Source of the DNA: Candidatus Omnitrophota bacterium
Lineage (GTDB): Bacteria; Omnitrophota; Gorgyraeia; JABMRG01; JAFGKX01
Direction of reading: 5' to 3'
DNA length: 11,068 nucleotides
Assembly: GCA_020354945.1 (NCBI GenBank)
Contig: CP070655.1
Coordinates: forward strand, 1,028,037 to 1,039,104
Shown: piece after piece, positions 8,300 through 11,068 of the stretch
How the letters are laid out: each line of letters starts with the position of its first letter
Numbering within the stretch: position 1 is the first letter of the stretch
Translations under genes and position numbers: made by a program
The notes under the pieces: model-generated
What the model saw: only the letters and a program-made list of their open reading frames with translations
What the model was told of the DNA's origin: nothing
Database searches by the model: none

Positions 8300-9730
8300 A
8301 TGAAGATGAATTGCAGAGTCAATTTTAAAGATTTATCGAGGTATACCGACGGTGCATGCACCCAAAAAGAAAAAGAAAGAATAGAATTGCACCTGAAAGA
8401 ATGCCAGGAGTGCAAACAAACCTTAGCCAGACTAAATTTGCTAAAAGCATCTCTGTCTTCCATTGCCCCCGTAAAAGAATCTGAAAGTTTTGATTTTGTA
8501 TTTAATCAAAAGCTTAAAGAGAGATTAGAAGAGGAGGTATCGGTTTCCTTAAATGAGGTTTTAGGAAAGGCCATTTCGAAAATAAGGGATGCATTTGTTC
8601 CCAAGGTGCCTGTTTTGGTTAGGGTTGCTGTTGTGCTGGTTTTGGCTGTCGCAGTATTTGGCGGTTACAACTATTATATATACAGCCGCCTGCCTTTTAT
8701 TGAAACAATTAGCGGAATAGTAAAAGTTTATCGGGCACCTGCTGCAAGATACATTATAGCCAGGCCTAATATGAGGTTAAGAGAAGGCTACAGGATTGAG
8801 ACGGCGCAAGATGCTGTTGTCAATATCATCTCCCGTAACAAATATGCCGCCAGAATCAAAGAAGATTCCGATATAGTAATTGCTAAGTTGGATGTACGGA
8901 ATGGGAATCATTTTACAAAATTTGACATAACAAGCGGTAAATTGATGGTAAATACAACAGAAGCCTTTAAAGGTTCAAATATGTCCATTCAAACGCCAGC
9001 CTGCGAAGCAAAAGTCGTAGGCACAGCATTTGCTATTGATGTTGATAAACCATCCGGAGGCACTACATGGCTGGGGGTTTTGCAAGGAAAAGTAAAGGTG
9101 ACTTCGCAAGGTACGGATGTTTATGTAAATGCCGGACAGAAGACCCAAGTTGAACCCGGTTCACTACCGGATATCCCTACTCTTCTTTCAGATAACGAAT
9201 GGAAACTTATACAAGAATTATATCAGTTAGGTGAAAAACCGCAGGTTGTGTTATTGGTTAGTATGAGAGCAAATAGAGTTGAAGAACTCTTTAAGCCCGC
9301 ACCTTTATATATATCAGATACTACTCCACGGACAATCCCAACAGAATTAGAAGCAATTATACGCATAATCAACCGGGCTATAGAAGATAATGACATGGGG
9401 GCCCACAGATTTGCAATAGGTAGACTGGAACAGCTGCTAAAGAAGCATCCAAATCCAAGGTATAATCCTCAGTTCCTTATGTTTATCGGCTCATATTACT
9501 ATTATATAGGCAATTATGAAAAGGCCATAGATACATTTGACAGGGTGGTAAATGAATATCCTGATTATTCACTTTCAAGCCTTGCCCAATGCGCCGTAGC
9601 AACTATATATCAAAATAACTTAAGGGACAAAAAGAAAGCTACGGCTGGTTTTGAGGAATTACTTGAGAATTTCCCTGACAGCATAGATACGGTTAGAGCC
9701 AGAAAATTTTTCAAAAATTTAAAAAAATAA
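8300..9730 (+). CDS. Membrane-anchored anti-sigma factor: zinc-binding ZAS (zf-HC2) + TM + FecR-like domain + C-terminal TPR
   Basis: MNC...LSRYTDG...ELHLKECQEC (HxxxCxxC); TM VLVRVAVVLVLAVAVFGGY; FecR-like IQTPACEAKVVGTAFAIDV...LGVLQGKVKV...VNAGQKTQV; TPR-like YEKAIDTFDRVVNEYPDYSLSSLAQ and FEELLENFPDS. Lies 6 nt after the ECF gene. ATG 8306 is an alternative start, better spaced from GAGGT 8293-8297. Confidence 0.87.
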   Translation: MKMNCRVNFKDLSRYTDGACTQKEKERIELHLKECQECKQTLARLNLLKASLSSIAPVKESESFDFVFNQKLKERLEEEVSVSLNEVLGKAISKIRDAFVPKVPVLVRVAVVLVLAVAVFGGYNYYIYSRLPFIETISGIVKVYRAPAARYIIARPNMRLREGYRIETAQDAVVNIISRNKYAARIKEDSDIVIAKLDVRNGNHFTKFDITSGKLMVNTTEAFKGSNMSIQTPACEAKVVGTAFAIDVDKPSGGTTWLGVLQGKVKVTSQGTDVYVNAGQKTQVEPGSLPDIPTLLSDNEWKLIQELYQLGEKPQVVLLVSMRANRVEELFKPAPLYISDTTPRTIPTELEAIIRIINRAIEDNDMGAHRFAIGRLEQLLKKHPNPRYNPQFLMFIGSYYYYIGNYEKAIDTFDRVVNEYPDYSLSSLAQCAVATIYQNNLRDKKKATAGFEELLENFPDSIDTVRARKFFKNLKK

Positions 9731-9770
9731 TGGAATAAATTCTTTAGTTTTGTGTTATATATAGTAGAAG
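9731..9770 (+). promoter_or_regulatory. Putative ECF sigma-dependent promoter (copy 2)
   Basis: TGGAATA-N10-TTTTGTGTT-A-TATATA. 29/40 identical to 7650-7689 without gaps, with most mismatches in the spacer. Confidence 0.7.
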
Positions 9771-9857
9771 AACAAAAAGGAGGCTATATAGAGTAAAAAG
9801 AGGACATAAGCCCCTAATCCCCGAAAAAGACCTCAAAAAACCTGAGGTCTTTTTTTT
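9763..9857 (+). ncRNA. Candidate ECF-dependent small RNA (~95 nt; 5' end approximate)
   Basis: Bounded by promoter copy 2 and a perfect terminator. No ATG/GTG/TTG start codon on + inside it. Contains AAGGAGG and a C-rich stretch GCCCCTAATCCCC. Confidence 0.45.
9824..9857 (+). terminator. Strong intrinsic terminator, potentially bidirectional
   Basis: AAAAAGACCTCA-aaaaacc-TGAGGTCTTTTT perfect 12-bp inverted repeat with an 8-T run. Confidence 0.9.
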
Positions 9858-9859
9858 GT

Positions 9860-9888
9860 TTGACTTGCCCTTATGCCATTGTTATACT
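9860..9888 (+). promoter_or_regulatory. sigma70 promoter for gpsA
   Basis: TTGACT (9860-9865), 17 nt, TATACT (9883-9888), with an extended TG at 9880-9881. Confidence 0.75.
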
Positions 9889-9897
9889 TAAAAGACC

Positions 9898-10899
9898 ATG
9901 GATTCTAAGAATACAAAAATAGCTGTTTTAGGTGACGGAGGCTGGGGCACCACGCTTTCCATACTATTGTTCAAAAAAGGATATAAGGTATCGTTGTGGA
10001 GTGCCTTCCCCGATTATACGCAAACTCTTAGAAGGACACGAGAAAATATAAAATTCCTGCCCCAGTTTAAAATACCGGAAGCCGTGCATATAACAGACGA
10101 TATAAAAGAAGCAATTGATGGCGCAGAGATTGTAGTAGTAGCTATTCCTTCGCAGTTCGTTAGAAAGGTTTTGCAGAACCTGAAAGATGTAGATTTATCA
10201 CAGCGCATAATGTTAAGCGTTGTAAAAGGTGTTGAAAAAAAGACATTAAAGCGAGTGTCAGAAATAATAAAAGAAGAAATAAATACAAATAAAATATGTA
10301 TTTTATCAGGACCAACTATTGCCTTAGAGGTAGCTAAGGAGATACCTGCATCAGCTGTTGTGGCCTCAGAAGATATAAATCTTGCCAAACAAATGCAGGA
10401 TGTATTTATGACAGAGAGATTCAGGATTTACACCAGCACAGATGTTATTGGGGTAGAGCTGGGAGGCAGTCTTAAAAACATCATTGCTATAGCTGCCGGA
10501 ATATCTGACGGGTTAGGTTTTGGCACAAATGCAAAGGCAGCCCTTTTTACCAGAGGCCTTGTAGAGATAAAACGATTAGGTATAGCAATAGGCGCTAAAG
10601 AAGAAACCTTTAATGGATTAAGCGGAATTGGGGATCTTATGACTACCTGCATAAGCCCCTATAGCCGAAACCGATATGTTGGCGAGGAAATAGCTAAAGG
10701 GAGGAAACTTACCGAGATAGTCCAGAAGATGGAACAGATAGCAGAAGGAATACACACAACAGAATCAGCTTGCGAATTGGCAAAAAGATATAACGTTGAG
10801 ATGCCGATAACAGAACAGGTTTATAAAGTCCTTTTTGAAAACAAAAACGCCTTAGAGGCTGTAATCGCCTTAATGACGCGCGCAAAAAAAGCAGAATGA
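9898..10899 (+). CDS. gpsA: NAD(P)H-dependent glycerol-3-phosphate dehydrogenase
   Basis: Rossmann motif IAVLGDGGWGT, LSGPTIALEV, GVELGGSLKNIIAIAAG, GLSGIGDLMTTC, SRNR. Confidence 0.97.
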   Translation: MDSKNTKIAVLGDGGWGTTLSILLFKKGYKVSLWSAFPDYTQTLRRTRENIKFLPQFKIPEAVHITDDIKEAIDGAEIVVVAIPSQFVRKVLQNLKDVDLSQRIMLSVVKGVEKKTLKRVSEIIKEEINTNKICILSGPTIALEVAKEIPASAVVASEDINLAKQMQDVFMTERFRIYTSTDVIGVELGGSLKNIIAIAAGISDGLGFGTNAKAALFTRGLVEIKRLGIAIGAKEETFNGLSGIGDLMTTCISPYSRNRYVGEEIAKGRKLTEIVQKMEQIAEGIHTTESACELAKRYNVEMPITEQVYKVLFENKNALEAVIALMTRAKKAE

Positions 10900-10927
10900 A
10901 TATTTAAATTTAAGGGCATGCCATATA

Positions 10928-10960
10928 GGGACAGACGATTTTAACTCTGTCCCCATTTTT
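10928..10960 (+). terminator. Hairpin after gpsA, probable terminator
   Basis: GGGACAGA-N10-TCTGTCCC followed by CATTTTT. Confidence 0.6.
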
Positions 10961-10961
10961 A

Positions 10962-10991
10962 TTGACTTACATATAAACTATTTGATATACT
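10962..10991 (+). promoter_or_regulatory. sigma70 promoter for the tRNA gene
   Basis: TTGACT (10962-10967), 18 nt, TATACT (10986-10991), with an extended TG at 10983-10984. Confidence 0.7.
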
Positions 10992-11022
10992 TATTCATTA
11001 TTGTGTAAATTGACTACAACAT

Positions 11023-11068
11023 CGGGACGTAGCGCAGTTTGGCTAGCGCACTTGAATGGGGTTCAAGG
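11023..11068 (+). tRNA. tRNA-Pro(GGG), 3'-truncated by the window
   Basis: Acceptor 5' strand CGGGACG, TA, D-arm GCGC-AGTTTGGCTA-GCGC, anticodon arm CTTGA-ATGGGGT-TCAAG (anticodon GGG). Confidence 0.92.

Noticed and set aside
7650-9770. Reading the two 40-bp look-alikes as CRISPR repeats or att sites
   Set aside because: Only two copies 2 kb apart, the central part is diverged, and no cas or integrase genes are present. The pattern fits promoters better.
9784-9807. Minus-strand 7-codon ORF (MSSFYSI) preceded by GGGG-rich sequence
   Set aside because: No minus-strand promoter seen, and the bidirectional-looking terminator lies just upstream on that strand.
9866-10918. 8-bp inverted pair TGCCCTTA (9866-9873) / TAAGGGCA (10911-10918) flanking gpsA
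   Set aside because: Too short to exceed chance, and no recombinase or transposase is nearby.
11056-11062. A32-U38 in the tRNA anticodon loop
   Set aside because: A known feature of some tRNAs with G-starting, GC-rich anticodons; not novel.

Overview
Low-GC bacterial chromosomal window; all credible genes are on the + strand. A housekeeping run (5'-truncated phosphohexomutase, lepA, lepB, pgsA, der, plsY) is separated from gpsA, its usual neighbour, by a ~4.3 kb accessory block. The block holds two secreted proteins of unknown function behind a perfect sigma70 promoter, followed by an ECF sigma factor and an unusual ZAS-TM-FecR-TPR anti-sigma factor. The most notable signal is a bipartite ECF-type promoter motif (TGGAATA-N10-TTTTGTGTT-w-TATATA) present twice. 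One copy is in front of the sigma gene. The other is directly after the anti-sigma gene, where it points into a ~95-nt ORF-less segment ending at a perfect terminator, i.e. a candidate ECF-dependent sRNA. The C-rich stretch of that candidate is complementary to the ribosome-binding region of the upstream 471-aa secreted protein gene. The window ends with gpsA and the 5' part of tRNA-Pro(GGG). The regulatory model is inference from sequence inspection only.
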